A stretch of 64,000 nucleotides of DNA from Zestosphaera tikiterensis (GTDB lineage Archaea > Thermoproteota > Thermoprotei_A > Sulfolobales > NBVN01): NCBI GenBank assembly GCA_003056265.1, contig NBVN01000002.1:83700-147699 (forward strand), given 5' to 3'. The notes below the pieces were generated by a model. It was not told the origin of the DNA, made no database searches, and was given only the letters and a program-made list of their open reading frames with translations. Positions 1-10,640 of the stretch are shown here, one piece after another. A program made the translations under genes and the position numbers. How positions within the stretch are numbered: position 1 is the first letter of the stretch; the number at the start of each line of letters is the position of its first letter.

Positions 1-948
1 CTTTATTTTTTCGATTGGTTTAGGGATGACTTCATATAGATCTCCAACAACGCCGTAATCAGCTACGTTGAATATCGGTGCGGATGGATCTACATTTATC
101 GCCACGACGATCTCCGAATCCTTCATACCTGCTAGGTGTTGGGGGCTGCCGGAAATACCTACCGCTACGTAAAGCTTTGGTTTAACTATATTACCGCTGA
201 ACCCAACCTGACGATCTTTTGAGGCCCAACCCTCATCAACTAAAGGCCTGCTAACCCCCACAACACCGCCTAAAAGGCTGGCTAACTCCTCCAACATTTT
301 AAGGTCGTCCGGCCTCCTCAACCCCCTACCGCCGGCAACGACGACTCCCGCGTCTGAAATGTTAACGGCTTCCCTAGGTATCTTCCCTAAGATCTTCGTC
401 CCCGTATCTTCCACGACCTTAACCTCCTTCTCTATTATTTCACCTTTTCTCATCGGATCCCTCTCCCTAGCTTTAAACACTTTATACCTAACCGTAGTCA
501 TTACGGGTTTTGTCTTGGTTTTTATGTAGGCGAGGATGTTACCTGTGAAAGCAGGCCTAACTTGAATTAACTCCCCATCCTCATCTAACTGTAGGTCAAT
601 GCAGTCGGCGGTTAACCCCGTATTTAACGCCGCCGCTATTCTAGGAGCTAAAGACCTCCCTAAATGCGTCGCACCTATTAAGACTATCTCAGGTTTCTCT
701 TCTCTTATTAAACTCACTATGTTCTGCTTATATAGAATTGAATCAAACTCCTTAAGTGTGGGGTGGTCGAATATGAACACTTTATCAGCTCCGTAGTAGA
801 TAAGTTCTTTAGCTTCTTCCCTTATTTGATGCCCTAATATAACGCTGGATAGCTCAACCTCTTTCCTATCTGCTAACTCCCTCCCCTTACTTAATAATTC
901 AAACGTAACTGGGTGGATTTTCCCGTTATGTTGCTCAGCAAATACCAT
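1..948 (-). CDS. etfA: electron transfer flavoprotein alpha subunit; 3' end runs off the window start
   Basis: My minus-strand translation from ATG at 948-946 reads MVFAEQHNGKIHPVTFELLSKGRELA...KLYVAVGISGSPQHLAGMKDSEIVVAINVDP...IEKIK. The frame is open to position 1 and the gene follows etfB by 27 nt. It is absent from the ORF track because no stop lies in the window. Confidence 0.85.
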   Translation of the reverse strand, partial: MVFAEQHNGKIHPVTFELLSKGRELADRKEVELSSVILGHQIREEAKELIYYGADKVFIFDHPTLKEFDSILYKQNIVSLIREEKPEIVLIGATHLGRSLAPRIAAALNTGLTADCIDLQLDEDGELIQVRPAFTGNILAYIKTKTKPVMTTVRYKVFKARERDPMRKGEIIEKEVKVVEDTGTKILGKIPREAVNISDAGVVVAGGRGLRRPDDLKMLEELASLLGGVVGVSRPLVDEGWASKDRQVGFSGNIVKPKLYVAVGISGSPQHLAGMKDSEIVVAINVDPSAPIFNVADYGVVGDLYEVIPKPIEKIK

Positions 949-975
949 TATACCCTTATATTCACTTATTCTTAA

Positions 976-1779
976 TCACCTCAGAAGTCCCTCCATCTCT
1001 AAAGCCTCTATAAGCTTGTCGACTGCGTCTTCCCCTTTGAAGATCTGGCTTCTCCTCTTTTTCATTGGAGGAACTAAAACCTTAACAACTTGAGTTGGCG
1101 AGCCGGAAAACCCAAACCTGCTCACGTCGGCAACGTCCGCAAGGTCGTCAGCGCTCCAAACCTCTACCTTCGCTTTCCTAGCTTTCAACTTATCCTTTAA
1201 GGTCGGCAGTCTAGGTTTGTTAACGTCCTTCGTAACGGTAATTAACCCGGGGAGTTTTAACTCCATTAAGTACGGAGCCCCCAACTCCGACACAACTAGT
1301 AACTTCTCTTTCGTTACTTCCCTTATTTCCGTGACGTAAGCTATGTGTGGAATGCCTAACATCTCAGCAACTTCAGGGCCGACCTGCCCGGTATCCCCAT
1401 CAACCGTCTTCTCCCCGCAGATTATCAAGTTAAACCTCCCTAATTTTCTAATAGCGCTGGCTAAAGCGTAAGACGTTGCTAACGTATCAGCACCGGCGAA
1501 CCTCCTATCCGTAAGTAAGACCGCCCTATCCGCACCCCTAGCTATAGCATCTCTTAAAACGGATTCCGCCGCCGGAGGCGCCATACTAACCGCCGTTACC
1601 TCCCCACCCAACTTCTCTTTTATCTGTACGGCAGCTTCAAGAGCGTTTAAATCAAATGGGTTTATCTCTAAAGGAGCTGAAGACCTATCCACAACACCCT
1701 TCTCAACATCAAACCTTACTTTCTCCATGTCCGGGACTGGCTTAATAAGCACCACTATATGAAATTCGTTATCTGTCAT
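976..1779 (-). CDS. etfB: electron transfer flavoprotein beta subunit
   Basis: 267 aa ORF with a typical ETF-beta N-terminus (VVLIKPVPD) and the ICGEKTVDGDTGQVGP motif. It lies immediately upstream of etfA on the same strand. Confidence 0.88.
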   Translation of the reverse strand: MTDNEFHIVVLIKPVPDMEKVRFDVEKGVVDRSSAPLEINPFDLNALEAAVQIKEKLGGEVTAVSMAPPAAESVLRDAIARGADRAVLLTDRRFAGADTLATSYALASAIRKLGRFNLIICGEKTVDGDTGQVGPEVAEMLGIPHIAYVTEIREVTKEKLLVVSELGAPYLMELKLPGLITVTKDVNKPRLPTLKDKLKARKAKVEVWSADDLADVADVSRFGFSGSPTQVVKVLVPPMKKRRSQIFKGEDAVDKLIEALEMEGLLR

Positions 1780-2047
1780 TTTGCGTCCTCATATTCTCCT
1801 TGTACTTTGACTTTTAAAATAAAAGGTAAAAGATATTAAAGACTCCAAGATAAAGATCTAGCAATAACAAGTCTTTGAATTTCTGATGATCCTTTCCCCT
1901 ACTGTCATTATCTTAAAATCTCTATGATATTTCTTAACTAGTAGAATATTTAACTAATATTTCCCTTTTCTTTAAACTTCTTTGAGATATTAAAGAAAGA
2001 AAAAAACTTATTAATTTTGCTGTTAAGCTACATCTGTAGGCGATAAA

Positions 2048-2284
2048 ATGTCTTCTGAAGAGATCCCTTCTAAAGTAATGAAAATGGAAAAGAAAAAAGC
2101 TCCTTTATTAGTCCCTGAGTTTGGTCCATTAAAGGGAATTGTTGTTCCTAAATTCAGTAAAACCCCAGGTAAGGTGTGGAGAGGGTTCCCCGCATTAGGG
2201 CAAGGCACTGAAACTATACTTAAGAAACTATTAGATTACAGCGATGAAGAAATTAAGATGTTCAAAGAAAAGAAAATTATTTGA
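2048..2284 (+). pseudogene. C-terminal remnant of a family III (CaiB/BaiF-type) CoA-transferase
   Basis: The 78 aa ORF matches only the last ~60 residues of family III CoA-transferases (PKFSKTPGKV.R..PALGQGTETILKKLLDYSDEEIKMFKEKKII). Intact enzymes are ~400 aa, and the upstream DNA is AT-rich non-coding. Confidence 0.55.
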
Positions 2285-2295
2285 GGTGAAATGTT

Positions 2296-3444
2296 ATGGA
2301 AGGATATCCATATTTTGAGGAATTTCATAAAGACGTTGTTGATGTTGCTAGAAAAGCCGCAGAAGAATTTGCGCGGACTGCTGCTGAAGCGGATGAAAAA
2401 GAGGATTATACAATAATTGAGAGAAATCTAAAGAGATTAGGGGAGCTTGGATTTCTTGGCATAAGGATACCGACACAATATGAAGGTCAAGGACTAGATG
2501 TAAGGAGTTATGTCCTTGCACTCGAAGAAATTGCTAAGGCTTGCCCTTCTACAGCACTTTCATACGACGCTCACGTTCTCGCTACGGACTGTATCTTGCT
2601 AGCGGGAAATGAAGATCAAAAGAAAAGATACCTTCCTAAACTAGCTAAAACACATATTGGTGCTTTTGCACTTTCAGAACCATATGCCGGCTCAGACGTT
2701 GCTGCGATAAGGACGTTAGCAGAGCTTAGAAACGGTAAATACATATTGAGAGGAGAAAAACACTTCATCACTAACGGAAAAATAGCAGATGTGATAATAG
2801 TATTTGCGAAAACTGACCCCTCTAAGGGAGCAAAAGGAATTACCGCCTTCATAATTGAAAAGGACGCTCCTGGATTGAAGATAGGAAAGCTCGAATCAAA
2901 GATGGGTGTAAGAGGTTCCCCTACTACCCAGATATTTTTAGATGGGGTGGAAGTGCCGAAGGAGAACGTGCTTGGTAAGGTAAACGAAGGGTTCAAAATA
3001 GCTATGGAAGCTTTGGATATTGCAAGGATAGCGGTTGCGGCTCAGTCTATTGGAATTTCAAAAGCAGCCTATGAAACGGCATTGAAATACGCTAAGGAAA
3101 GAATTCAGTTTGGCCAACCGATTATCAACTTCCAGACAATTCAGTTTATGCTCGCTGACATGTACGTGAAAATAAAAGCTTCAGAAGGACTAACTTATCA
3201 CGCTGCCTGGCTAGCTGACAGAGGGGAAAAGGTAACCCTCCGGGCATCCGTAGCTAAGCTCTTTGCTAGTGAAGCAGCTTTGGAGATCACCGACAAAGCC
3301 ATACAAATACTCGGAGGAGTAGGTTATACCAGAGATTTCCCTGTTGAAAGGCTTCACAGAGATGCTAAAGCAATGACAATTGGAGAAGGAACATCAGAAA
3401 TACAGAGACTTATTATAGCGAGGAATATAATTTCAAGCAAATAA
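2296..3444 (+). CDS. acyl-CoA dehydrogenase
   Basis: 382 aa. Family motifs are present ([11 protein letters not shown], and a C-terminal [15 protein letters not shown] containing the catalytic Glu). Confidence 0.9.
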   Translation: MEGYPYFEEFHKDVVDVARKAAEEFARTAAEADEKEDYTIIERNLKRLGELGFLGIRIPTQYEGQGLDVRSYVLALEEIAKACPSTALSYDAHVLATDCILLAGNEDQKKRYLPKLAKTHIGAFALSEPYAGSDVAAIRTLAELRNGKYILRGEKHFITNGKIADVIIVFAKTDPSKGAKGITAFIIEKDAPGLKIGKLESKMGVRGSPTTQIFLDGVEVPKENVLGKVNEGFKIAMEALDIARIAVAAQSIGISKAAYETALKYAKERIQFGQPIINFQTIQFMLADMYVKIKASEGLTYHAAWLADRGEKVTLRASVAKLFASEAALEITDKAIQILGGVGYTRDFPVERLHRDAKAMTIGEGTSEIQRLIIARNIISSK

Positions 3445-3911
3445 TAAAGTGTTTTATTGGTGTATTTCTCACTTCATCAATTATCGATGTAAATAAAGGA
3501 AAAGTAGTATTTTGCGTCTTCTAAAATAGTCGTGCTATGAAACCGGTTCCTATTATAAAGAAAGCGAAAATTCAGCGTGAAAAAGGAACTGTTATGGAGT
3601 CTTTTGTGCTTCAAGATCAATTTCTTCGATCTCCACATATAATTGAAATAGTTGTCAGATAAAAATAAGACAGGAAGGTAAGTAACTGTAATGAGCGCGA
3701 CTCTTGCAAGCATGAGAAGCCTTAAGAAAAGCTTTCACAAAGAGAAGTGCGGTAGAGCTGTTTCTTTTTGATAGGAAGTTTATGAAAGCTAATACGGTCA
3801 ATATATTTATCACAGAATTCGTTTGTGATGATTAGGTTTATTTAATTGTCTGAATAGGAGTTTTAATAGAGTTTCGTTAATCAATGAAGCTTTGGCGTTT
3901 TTCATATGTAG

Positions 3912-4695
3912 GAGGGAGTTAAGGATGGTAGGAAATTCACGAAAACTCTAGAATACTATACGTCAAAGAAGCCTCTGGTCGTTATTAAATTAGGACGTAC
4001 TTTAAGTGGTGCTAAAGCTGCTGCTTCACATACTGGAGCCATGGCGGGTAAAGATGAACTCTACGATGCTATGTTTAAGAAATACGGCGTTATTCGAGTT
4101 TATGAGTTCGATGACATGTTTAACATAGCTCTAGCATTTGCTAATCTTCCATTACCTAAAGGGGATAGGGTTGGAGTTATATCGGCTGGTGGAGGATGGT
4201 GTGTAGAAGCCTCTGATGCTCTTGAGAGCTTAGGACTTAAACTACCTCCACTTCCAGAACACGTGATTAAGGAATAAGGAAATGGACATGATCTTACCTC
4301 CCTTTTGGAATAGGAGAAATCCTATGGATCTTGTAGCTAGTGTAGATCCAGAACACTTTAAAATTGCTACTGAACTTTTAATGAAGGAAGATAGTTTTGA
4401 TAGATTAATGCTTCAAGGCTATGGAAATTTTGGTAGAATACCGAACTTACCTTTTATCATACCTAAGGAGGACGCCATAGCTAAGGAGATAGCAGATCTT
4501 GTTAAGAAATATGAAAAACCGCTAATTGTTGTCAACGTATTTGGTGGGGAATTTAGTAATGTTAAGGTCTTTGAGGAAAATGGAGTTCCAGTATATTTAT
4601 CCATTCAAAAAGCCGCAAAAGTAGTAAAAGCTTTAGTTGACTACGCACATTACCTAAAATTACTAAAAGAAAAAGTAAGAATAAAAATAGATTAG
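3912..4695 (+). pseudogene. 5'-truncated, frameshifted fragment of ADP-forming acetyl-CoA synthetase alpha subunit
   Basis: Translation begins right after a TAG at 3909-3911: EGVKDGRKFTKTLEYYTSKKPLVVIKLGRTLSGAKAAASHTGAMAG... It aligns to residues ~215-460 of the intact paralogue at 60453-61856. A stop at 4275-4277 and a +1 frame change at 4282 split it into two track ORFs, and the N-terminal CoA-binding half is missing. Confidence 0.8.
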
Positions 4696-4893
4696 ACGTT
4701 TCTAAATAACATCATAATAACATCTAATGTTCCCCTCTCATAACATCTCTTTAAAGTACTTTGCCTTACCTATAGATAGCGTTAGGTTAGGAAGTTGAAG
4801 CATGCGCTACGTTGCTTTACGGACCTTCGTTTTTGAAGATATACGCGTTGAAATATATAAGTTTACTTCTCGAGTATAGAGTGATGGTCTACC

Positions 4894-6195
4894 ATGTCCT
4901 CACAGTCTGAGGTTTTAGTTGATGAATACACTAACGGTGTGTTAGGCCCTCATAGTAGGATGGTCGGGCCTGTAGCGGATGGTGGGAGGATTGTGTTTAT
5001 AACCGCGCCTGGTTGTTGGGGGCCTATGATAACCCCGACTCTCAGAGGTGGTCATGAGGTTACGTTGCCTGTGGCTGTTGAGGGTGCTAGGGTTGGAGAC
5101 GCTGTTGTGATTTACGTTGAGTCTGTTAAGGTGTTGTCGAAAGCCTCCTCTTCAGGTGTGGATAGACCTGTTGAGGGTTCTTACGTAGGAGATCCTTACG
5201 TGATGAAGGTATGTCCGAGCTGTAGGGAGCCCTGGCCTGACTTCGAGGTTTTAGGCGTTGGTGAGGAGAGCATTAAGTGTAGGAAGTGTGGGTCGCCAGC
5301 GTCGCCGTTTAGGATGGTTCACGGCTATACTTTAGTTTTCGATGAGGTTAAGCGTTTTGGAGTTACTGTTGATTTAAAGCTAGCGTTGGAGATCGCTAGA
5401 GACGCTAGGTCTTGGAGTTCATTACCTGCTAAGTCAAAGCAGGTGCCTGTTTTAACTTTAGGTAAGGCTGACTTAGTCGGTGTAGTGTCTAGGTTGAGGC
5501 CTTTCCCAGGTCAACTCGGTACAACACCGGCTGTGGACATACCCGACTCCCACAACGCCGGTGATTTCGGTTACTTCCTTATAGACGCTCCACACCCCTA
5601 CAGAATAACGAGAGAGCAGTATGAAAGGGATTTAACAGACGGTCATTTAGACGTTGACTCGGTTAGGGAGGGTGCGGTAGTTATAGCTCCAGTTAAAGTT
5701 GATGGGGGTGGTGTGTACGCTGGCGACGTACACGCAATGCAGGGGGATGGGGAGGTAGCTGGCCACACAACAGACGTATCTGCTGAGACGCGCGTTAAGA
5801 TAAACGTAGTTAAGAATCTTAAGCTTGAGGGTCCAATCCTCCTACCGCCGGAGGAAGACCTACCGCCGCTTGCTAGGCCTTGGAGGAAAGATGAGTGGGA
5901 TGAAATCCTTAAAACCGCTAGAAAACTTGGGGTGGAGCCGGAGCCGGTAGCGCCACTACAGATAATAGGGTCTGGACCCAACATAAATGAAGCCGCTAAG
6001 AAAGGCTTTGAACGAGCTGCTAAACTCTTCAACATGAAGTTTGAGGAGGTATTAAATAGAGTTACGATAACTGGAGCGGTTGAAATCGGTAGGTTACCAG
6101 GCATTGTGCAGGTATCCATGCAGGTACCGCTGAAAACCTTAGAAAAACTTGGAATAGATGAAATCGTAGTTAAACACTATAAACTCCCATTCTAG
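4894..6195 (+). CDS. acetamidase/formamidase family protein
   Basis: 433 aa containing YAGDVHAMQGDGEVAGHTTDVS, which resembles the FmdA/AmdA family signature (G-D-x-H-A-x-Q-G-D-G-E-V). Confidence 0.75.
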   Translation: MSSQSEVLVDEYTNGVLGPHSRMVGPVADGGRIVFITAPGCWGPMITPTLRGGHEVTLPVAVEGARVGDAVVIYVESVKVLSKASSSGVDRPVEGSYVGDPYVMKVCPSCREPWPDFEVLGVGEESIKCRKCGSPASPFRMVHGYTLVFDEVKRFGVTVDLKLALEIARDARSWSSLPAKSKQVPVLTLGKADLVGVVSRLRPFPGQLGTTPAVDIPDSHNAGDFGYFLIDAPHPYRITREQYERDLTDGHLDVDSVREGAVVIAPVKVDGGGVYAGDVHAMQGDGEVAGHTTDVSAETRVKINVVKNLKLEGPILLPPEEDLPPLARPWRKDEWDEILKTARKLGVEPEPVAPLQIIGSGPNINEAAKKGFERAAKLFNMKFEEVLNRVTITGAVEIGRLPGIVQVSMQVPLKTLEKLGIDEIVVKHYKLPF

Positions 6196-6232
6196 GGAGG
6201 CCGATCTTTTACCTTATAAAGCTTTTTTAAGT

Positions 6233-6562
6233 TTAAAACATCATTAGGTAAATTACAAGCAGCATCGTGAATAACACTAAAGCAAGCACGGCGATCAACG
6301 TTTTCGAAAGGTTTAACGGACTACCATACCTTGTTAATTCCTTCCGCGCCTCAGCCATCAACCTACTTTCAAGCTCAGGTAGATTCAAATGATTTTGAGG
6401 CGGAACCACTTCAAGCAAATCCCCCTTCTCACTCACCACATACATCTTTAACTTCATAACTCGAACCCTACTTAAACTTAACGATCTCCACACAAACACA
6501 GCTATAAACACAGCAATTTGAATTAACGCAATCACCAACGCTTCAACAAACCCCACCCACAT
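6233..6562 (-). CDS. hypothetical small membrane protein
   Basis: 109 aa ORF with hydrophobic N- and C-terminal segments. I recognise no family. Confidence 0.35.
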   Translation of the reverse strand: MWVGFVEALVIALIQIAVFIAVFVWRSLSLSRVRVMKLKMYVVSEKGDLLEVVPPQNHLNLPELESRLMAEARKELTRYGSPLNLSKTLIAVLALVLFTMLLVIYLMMF

Positions 6563-6994
6563 TACCTAATAACTAAGGCTCATGAAACACGACTTAATCT
6601 TTTAATCGTCAAGTTATATATTAATAGAAAACTTATAAGTTTTCCCTCCCTCTTCAAGTAGTAAGCTAGCTTACCATCTCTTAAAGGGCATCGCACCATC
6701 AAATAAGGAACGATGCCGGAGCTGATAAACCATTCAATGCTTCGATAGATAAAACACCGACGACTTCAATTAAAGCATCATCAGCCGATAAGCACATTAA
6801 ACCCAACACACGGAACATCACATATCTACACAATACATAAATATACTGAATCGTGATTCACTCACATTACTAAAAACTAAACCCGCTGATTCCTCATCCT
6901 CTGGCGCTTGATTAAAATCCCAGAAAATCTAGGTTTTAACGCCGTTAAAGTTAGGTACGCGTGCGTTTTAGCGTGGTTTGATTGGTTTTGTTTT

Positions 6995-8371
6995 TTACTT
7001 TACGTTATTGAGTGTTTCATGACTTGCCTCATGTGCTGGGGAGTCTTTTCTTGTGGGTACTTGAGATATGTATATCGTATTGTCTTTAGAGATTAAGAAG
7101 GAGGTTGCTATTGCAACCATCGCGTTAGGTAGCATTTGCAGGCCTGAAGTCATTTCGGTAACCATCAGTAAAGTAGCTATTGGGACTCTTCCAGCTGCGG
7201 CAAAGAAGCTTATCATACCTATTATGACGAATGGGGCTATGTTGGGTACGATACTTGGGAAGAGGTGTTTGAAGATAAGGCCTACGTTCGCACCTACATA
7301 CGCGCCTATGAATAGGCCTGGAGCGAAAACGCCTCCACTACCTCCGGATGCTATCGAGAATGAAGTCGCCAGTATTTTCAGGAATGGTAGGAGCGCTATT
7401 AAAAGTAGTGGGGGAAGGATTGGAGAGTATAACGCAGCAAACCTTTCATACTCAATTAAGTTTACCCAACCATAGCCAGGTCCAAGCACTTCCGGAGCTA
7501 TTAAAGCGATTAACCCCGTCACCACCCCACCCACTGCTGGCTTTATATGGTTCGGCATTCTTAACTTTTTGAAGAACGTGTTAACTTTGTAGAATGTCTT
7601 AATGTATAAGATAGCTACCAAGCCTGTGGCGAGTCCTAAAACCGCGTACATAGGTAGTTTAAGTGGGTTATATACTTCATAGTAAGGCCCGAAAACCGGG
7701 GTGAAGCCAAATACGCTTCCGAAAATCGCGTAACCAATCGCTGAAGCTATAATAGCTGGGTAAATAACCTCAGATTCTATATCTCTTTTGTAGAGTATTT
7801 CAGCCGCTAGGATTGCGCCTCCAATCGGTGCTTTGAAGATCGCTCCCACACCAGCACCGAGTCCGACAGCCAACGCTATCCTTCTATCCTTCGGGCTTAA
7901 ACGAAGTAAGTCAGCGATGACTGAGCCTACACCAGCTGAAAATAATGCTGTAGGTCCTTCCCTACCGGCACTACCTCCAGAACCTATGGTTACTGCGGAA
8001 GCTATGATTTTAACTGGTATTACAGACCACCTTATCTTGCCTTGACGGAAGTGATATGCTTTTATTGCTGCGTCAGTGCCGTGACCTTCAGCCTCGGGGG
8101 CGAAGGTATACACTATAAGACCGGAGATCAACCCACCAACAGTTGTTGAAATCGGTATGAGGAGGTAGTTTCCGGGGTTGAACGTGAAATCTAACGTACC
8201 GCCTTCACCAAGCGGTTTTGGACTGCTCATACCTATGAAGTAAGTTATGAACACCTCTTCAAATAGTTGAAGCAATATATAGAACGTAACTGCCGTTAAA
8301 CCGGCTACAACCCCGATAATAGCTCCTAAGATAAACCACTTCTCGTAGTAAGGCATTGAAGCCAGCTTCAC
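6995..8371 (-). CDS. ClC-family voltage-gated chloride channel/antiporter, without CBS domains
   Basis: 458 aa polytopic protein with the [11 protein letters not shown] and [15 protein letters not shown] motifs typical of ClC proteins. Confidence 0.85.
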   Translation of the reverse strand: MKLASMPYYEKWFILGAIIGVVAGLTAVTFYILLQLFEEVFITYFIGMSSPKPLGEGGTLDFTFNPGNYLLIPISTTVGGLISGLIVYTFAPEAEGHGTDAAIKAYHFRQGKIRWSVIPVKIIASAVTIGSGGSAGREGPTALFSAGVGSVIADLLRLSPKDRRIALAVGLGAGVGAIFKAPIGGAILAAEILYKRDIESEVIYPAIIASAIGYAIFGSVFGFTPVFGPYYEVYNPLKLPMYAVLGLATGLVAILYIKTFYKVNTFFKKLRMPNHIKPAVGGVVTGLIALIAPEVLGPGYGWVNLIEYERFAALYSPILPPLLLIALLPFLKILATSFSIASGGSGGVFAPGLFIGAYVGANVGLIFKHLFPSIVPNIAPFVIIGMISFFAAAGRVPIATLLMVTEMTSGLQMLPNAMVAIATSFLISKDNTIYISQVPTRKDSPAHEASHETLNNVK

Positions 8372-8668
8372 GTACTTCCCTCCAGCTTCAATGATAGGTA
8401 TGATAGCATTTTATAGCGGATGCGATATAAAGTTTTCATAAGATTTAAACAACTCTTTAATCCATTTAAAGAACGCAACAATTTAAAAGAGTAGGTAACT
8501 CAACTCCTTAAAGAGTTGATAAGCTGTTGCACCCTACACCTCCGTGACACGCTTTAAACTCCTCCCTAACCCCTTACGGTTTAGAAGTCTACTACGTCCC
8601 TCCTTCATCTACTTTAATCGATTCTCCATGTTCACCTCCGAATTCGCTTACTATATTTGAAGAACGGC

Positions 8669-8872
8669 TTAAGGCAGGCTTACGTTTTTAATCTTCTCGC
8701 TGGCCTGTTCTCCGCCTACACCCCAGTTTTCTTTAGGGACTTCATGAATTACTACTTCAACCGCTTCCTTCGGTATGCCTAATTCCATGAAAACCTTAGT
8801 TATGCCTGATATTACTTTCTTTTTAGCTTCGTTGGAGAAACCAAGCCATACATATACGTGAACTATAGGCAT
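8669..8872 (-). CDS. 4-oxalocrotonate tautomerase family protein
   Basis: 67 aa. It has an N-terminal Met-Pro (catalytic Pro1) followed by the tautomerase beta-alpha-beta pattern (MPIVHVYVW...EVVIHEVPKENWGVGG). Confidence 0.7.
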   Translation of the reverse strand: MPIVHVYVWLGFSNEAKKKVISGITKVFMELGIPKEAVEVVIHEVPKENWGVGGEQASEKIKNVSLP

Positions 8873-9074
8873 GGCTTAACCCACCCTCTCTAATATAGTC
8901 TGAAACTTTAATTAAACCTTCATCGTTGGGTATTCATTCTTTACTTTCGGTTTAACTTACGTTAGTTTGCCTCTATTAATGAATTTATTACAACGTAATG
9001 AGGGGTCTTACGAATGTTATACTACTTTAGTAGGCCTTATCGTTTAGAAGATAGCTATATGCGATGCTTAGCAC

Positions 9075-10640
9075 TTATGAAATTACTTGTTTTTCTAGGT
9101 ATTCTCTGTAGAAGCCTTTAAGGTTCTTGTATAGTTTAGTAAAGTATTTGAATCTCTCCTCAAGGACTTTAGTAAGCTCTGGGTCGGGGTTGAATATCTT
9201 CTCCGGTTTGACGATTTTCTTAGCTATACTGAAGTCGAATGATTTAAGCCCTACTAACCCTATTATTGACGCTCCAATAGCTGACGCCTCTCTAGCGCTG
9301 GTAACACGTATAACCTTAGTGTTAAGTAGGCTAGCTAGGAACATACATAAGCTATTGTATAACGCCCCACCGCCAACTATGTTAACGTGGTCTACCTCCT
9401 TATTGAGGAGCCTCTTATAGTATGTATACGCCCATTTAACGTTGAATGCTATACCTTCAATAACCGCCTGCGCCACGTGTTCCAACCTGTTTTCTAAGCT
9501 GATGTTTACTATTCCGCCCCTAACGTACGGATCGTCTATTGGCGACCTCTCCCCGAACAACCACGGTAAAAATAATACTTTGTTATTCTTAGGATCTATA
9601 CTTGAAGCTAGTTCGTCTATCTTTTTATATAGGTCCTCCTTAACCTCCCCAAATATTGTTTGAAGGAACCAATCTATCGTGGCAGACCCCGTTTCCTGCT
9701 CAGCTATAAGCATATACCTACCCGGTATAGCGCTAGGTAAGCAACCCATGTAATGGTATACATCTATCTTACGCCGCGGTATATGAGCTATTATCCAGTC
9801 GCTCGTCCCCACATATATATGGATTTCATAGTCTTCAACCGCTCCCGAACCTACAGCTGTGGCGGTCATATCACCACATCCAACAACTACTTTTACGTCT
9901 TTCGAAAGACCTAATTCTTCAGCTGCCTCCTTAGCTAACGTACCAACTATATCGGTTGGTTGCTTAATTTCAGGTAGTTTGCTAGCGTCTAAGCCTACCG
10001 ATTTAATAAGGCTTTCACTCCACACCACAGCGGTTGGTGTTCTAGTGTCTGTAAGCCATGTGAGGTTAGCTTCGTCGGTGCTTATAACGGTTTTTCCAGT
10101 CATCTTATACGTTAAGTAACCTTTCACATCGAGGAACTTCCACGTCTCTCTATAGATGTCTGGCTGTTCATTCATTAACCATACATACTTCGATAATGGA
10201 TCCTTACCGGCTTTGCCTGGAACGCCCCCGCTTATTTGAAGGAATTTTATTAATTTGAAGACGTTATAGCCTGCGATCTTTGGGAATCCCTTAAATAATT
10301 CGCGTGGGTAGCCGGCTGACCTAGTGTCAAGCCATGTAAGTATGTTAGTTAGTGGGGTTCCGTCCCTCGACAACGGAACTACCCCAGCCATTTGAGTATC
10401 CATCACTATCCCCATTACATCCTCCGGGTTCACGCCAGCTTCATCGATAACTTTATTCGTAGCGTCTACAAGGGCCTTCCATAACTCGTCTGGTGATTGT
10501 TCAGCATGGCCTGGCTTAGGTATATAAAGGTTGAGCTTAGCAGTTGTTTTATAGCGTATGGTGCTGTTTGCCGCATCGAATAGAACGGTCTTTATGGAAC
10601 TAGTGCCTACGTCATATGCGAAAATATACATCTGCGTCAC
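9075..10640 (-). CDS. FGGY-family carbohydrate kinase
   Basis: 521 aa. The N-terminal YIFAYDVGTSSIKTVLFD and C-terminal GGGALYNSLCMF segments fit the FGGY kinase fold. It overlaps the upstream gene by 4 nt, which suggests an operon. The likely start is GTG at 10640 or ATG three codons downstream. Confidence 0.85.
   Translation of the reverse strand: MTQMYIFAYDVGTSSIKTVLFDAANSTIRYKTTAKLNLYIPKPGHAEQSPDELWKALVDATNKVIDEAGVNPEDVMGIVMDTQMAGVVPLSRDGTPLTNILTWLDTRSAGYPRELFKGFPKIAGYNVFKLIKFLQISGGVPGKAGKDPLSKYVWLMNEQPDIYRETWKFLDVKGYLTYKMTGKTVISTDEANLTWLTDTRTPTAVVWSESLIKSVGLDASKLPEIKQPTDIVGTLAKEAAEELGLSKDVKVVVGCGDMTATAVGSGAVEDYEIHIYVGTSDWIIAHIPRRKIDVYHYMGCLPSAIPGRYMLIAEQETGSATIDWFLQTIFGEVKEDLYKKIDELASSIDPKNNKVLFLPWLFGERSPIDDPYVRGGIVNISLENRLEHVAQAVIEGIAFNVKWAYTYYKRLLNKEVDHVNIVGGGALYNSLCMFLASLLNTKVIRVTSAREASAIGASIIGLVGLKSFDFSIAKKIVKPEKIFNPDPELTKVLEERFKYFTKLYKNLKGFYREYLEKQVIS

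Noticed and set aside
1883-1940. C/D-box-like strings at 1883 (CUGAUGA...CUGU), 3825 (GUGAUGA-18 nt-CUGA), 21044 (CUGAUGA...), 25582 (AUGAUGA-18 nt-CUGA), 31015 (UGAUGA-35 nt-CUGA), 40089 (GUGAUGA...) and 62070 (minus strand).
   Set aside because: They lack a proper D box at the right distance, have spacing incompatible with two 12-nt guides, or lack C'/D' candidates. Such heptamers are expected by chance in AT-rich spacers.
6563-6994. Possible remnant of CBS domains downstream of the ClC gene (minus-strand fragments such as LSADDALIEVVGVLSIEALNG).
   Set aside because: Only a ~20-residue stretch vaguely resembles the end of a CBS motif. The frames are broken and I cannot support homology without a profile search.
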